Assembly: GCA_963809485.1 (NCBI GenBank)
Contig: CAWEJX010000020.1
Span: 1,024,001 to 1,088,000 of the forward strand
Direction of reading: 5' to 3'
DNA from: an uncultured Acidobacteriota bacterium
GTDB lineage: Bacteria; Acidobacteriota; UBA6911
DNA length: 64,000 nucleotides
Shown here: positions 62,734 through 64,000 of the stretch, piece by piece
How the letters are laid out: the number at the start of each line of letters is the position of its first letter
Position numbering within the stretch: the stretch's first letter is position 1
Program-made: the position numbers and the translations under genes
The notes under the pieces: generated by a model
Told to the model about the DNA's origin: nothing
Database searches by the model: none
What the model saw: the letters and a program-made list of their open reading frames with translations, nothing else

Positions 62734-63744
62734 CTATTGTATCGGGTATCCTTCCGACGTCTTCTTTCGCGCTGAATCCCCTTTATCCGTTCGGATGAGG
62801 AAGAATGCATAGGTCTTGTCGACCTTCTTCGTAATGATCGGGGCGTGCACAAACATCGCCGGGCAGACAGACACCATGGGTTTGTTGAAGTTGTAGATCT
62901 CCTTTTCCGGGCCCATGTACAGATCGATTTCGCTGCCCAGAGACTGCGGCCGGCCCGCGTCGAGGCCCACAAAAACCAGAAACTCGTCCCCGACATGCAC
63001 GTGCGGATCAAATCCCTCCGAGTGCCAGTTGCCCAGCCCTTTGTAGAATCCCCAGGTGAAATTAACGTTGAATCCCTCCAGGCTTTTGGCACGCGGCCAG
63101 GCGATCCAGAATGCGTTTCCCGGCCCCGTCATCTTGGTCACATCCCCCATGGCGGAGGATGAGACTTTTTTGACCAGTTTTGCATATTCCTGAGTTTCCG
63201 CCTGTTTGGCAGGGACCGGAACCTTTGCGGCTTTGTATTCGCCTTCGAGACCAATCTCATAGTGCGCGTAAGGCTTTTCGACCTTCAGGGCCTTGATCGG
63301 GCCGAACGGCATGTCTTTGGGAACGCACACGATGGTGGGAACATCGAAGACATATTTTTCAAAATTCCTGCCCAGGGATATTTCTATCTCCGCGCCCAGG
63401 TAGTTGGGCTTTTCCGGATCGAGGCCGACGAACGCCAGGCAGGTGTCGTAGGGATGCACCAGTCCCTCGTTCTGATAGGCGCCGGGTTTGCTGTAATACC
63501 CGAATGAGAAATTGGTGTTTCTGCGGTTCAGGTCCTTGCCGGACGTGCGGAAAATGGAATCGGCACAGCCCGGCCCTCCCCGCCCCTTCTTGTAGGAAAT
63601 TGCATGAAAATAGCTCTGGTATTTTTTTGCGGCAGCCGCCGCCCGGGCATCCGCGGAGCCTGCAAACGCCAATGCTGCGGCGCCAAAGCCCACATCCTTG
63701 ACGAATTCCCTTCGACTTGTGATCTTTCTTCCTCCAGCAGCCAT
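62734..63744 (-). CDS. Twin-arginine-leader tandem cupin-like protein (paralogue of 23557-24623)
   Basis: SRREFV leader; two FVGLD..P..LG.EI repeats; shared TGPGNA..AW motif. Confidence 0.8.
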   Translation of the reverse strand: MAAGGRKITSRREFVKDVGFGAAALAFAGSADARAAAAAKKYQSYFHAISYKKGRGGPGCADSIFRTSGKDLNRRNTNFSFGYYSKPGAYQNEGLVHPYDTCLAFVGLDPEKPNYLGAEIEISLGRNFEKYVFDVPTIVCVPKDMPFGPIKALKVEKPYAHYEIGLEGEYKAAKVPVPAKQAETQEYAKLVKKVSSSAMGDVTKMTGPGNAFWIAWPRAKSLEGFNVNFTWGFYKGLGNWHSEGFDPHVHVGDEFLVFVGLDAGRPQSLGSEIDLYMGPEKEIYNFNKPMVSVCPAMFVHAPIITKKVDKTYAFFLIRTDKGDSARKKTSEGYPIQ

Positions 63745-64000
63745 GGCCGTTCTCCTCCTGAATAAAGATATTGAACTGTCGATATGGTTCGAGCTGCCTA
63801 TTCTAAAACTGCCGGCTCAGTCCCGCAACGCCATTTCGCACTGGATGCAAAACCAGTCCATCGATGGGGGGCCTCCAGAAACTGTCCAGAAACTGTTCCC
63901 AGATCCGAAACCTTTGGATGCATGCCGGAGGCTAGGAACATTTTCCGGCGTGCCGCTTGAGGCGTGAGGATAAGCCGGAAAAGTCAGGTACCTCCGGCAA

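Overview
A 64 kb bacterial chromosomal window whose gene content suggests an anaerobic Acidobacteriota-like genome (inference). Bases 1-23,000 are a heavily nested mobile-DNA region. It holds a RIT element inserted in a tyrosine recombinase gene, an IS110-family element, a large unclassified DDE transposon, IS630, two inverted IS1-like copies, a DUF4338-ISAs1 element, and a phage-type replication module beside a tRNA-Thr att fragment. A cold-shock cluster follows (frameshifted rpoD paralogue, csp, DEAD-box helicase). The rest is mostly housekeeping and metabolic genes: nadA, a Ser/Thr kinase, type-2 ileS with a GVHH motif, a PEP-CTERM protein with sigma54 promoter, cNMP-AspA, rnk, a two-component system, xylB, GH3, uxaC and a UroD-family protein. 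The best new observation is in the ~400-nt 3' non-coding end of the IS110 element. Two segments there match the two flanks of the element's own insertion site (11/11 and 12/13 nt, converging on a TA dinucleotide). They lie about 235 nt apart but are brought together by long-range stems, suggesting an unusually large bridge/seek-type guide RNA. The target sits directly upstream of an unannotated structured small RNA. Several single-base frameshifts (rpoD, sensor kinase, UroD) may be long-read errors.
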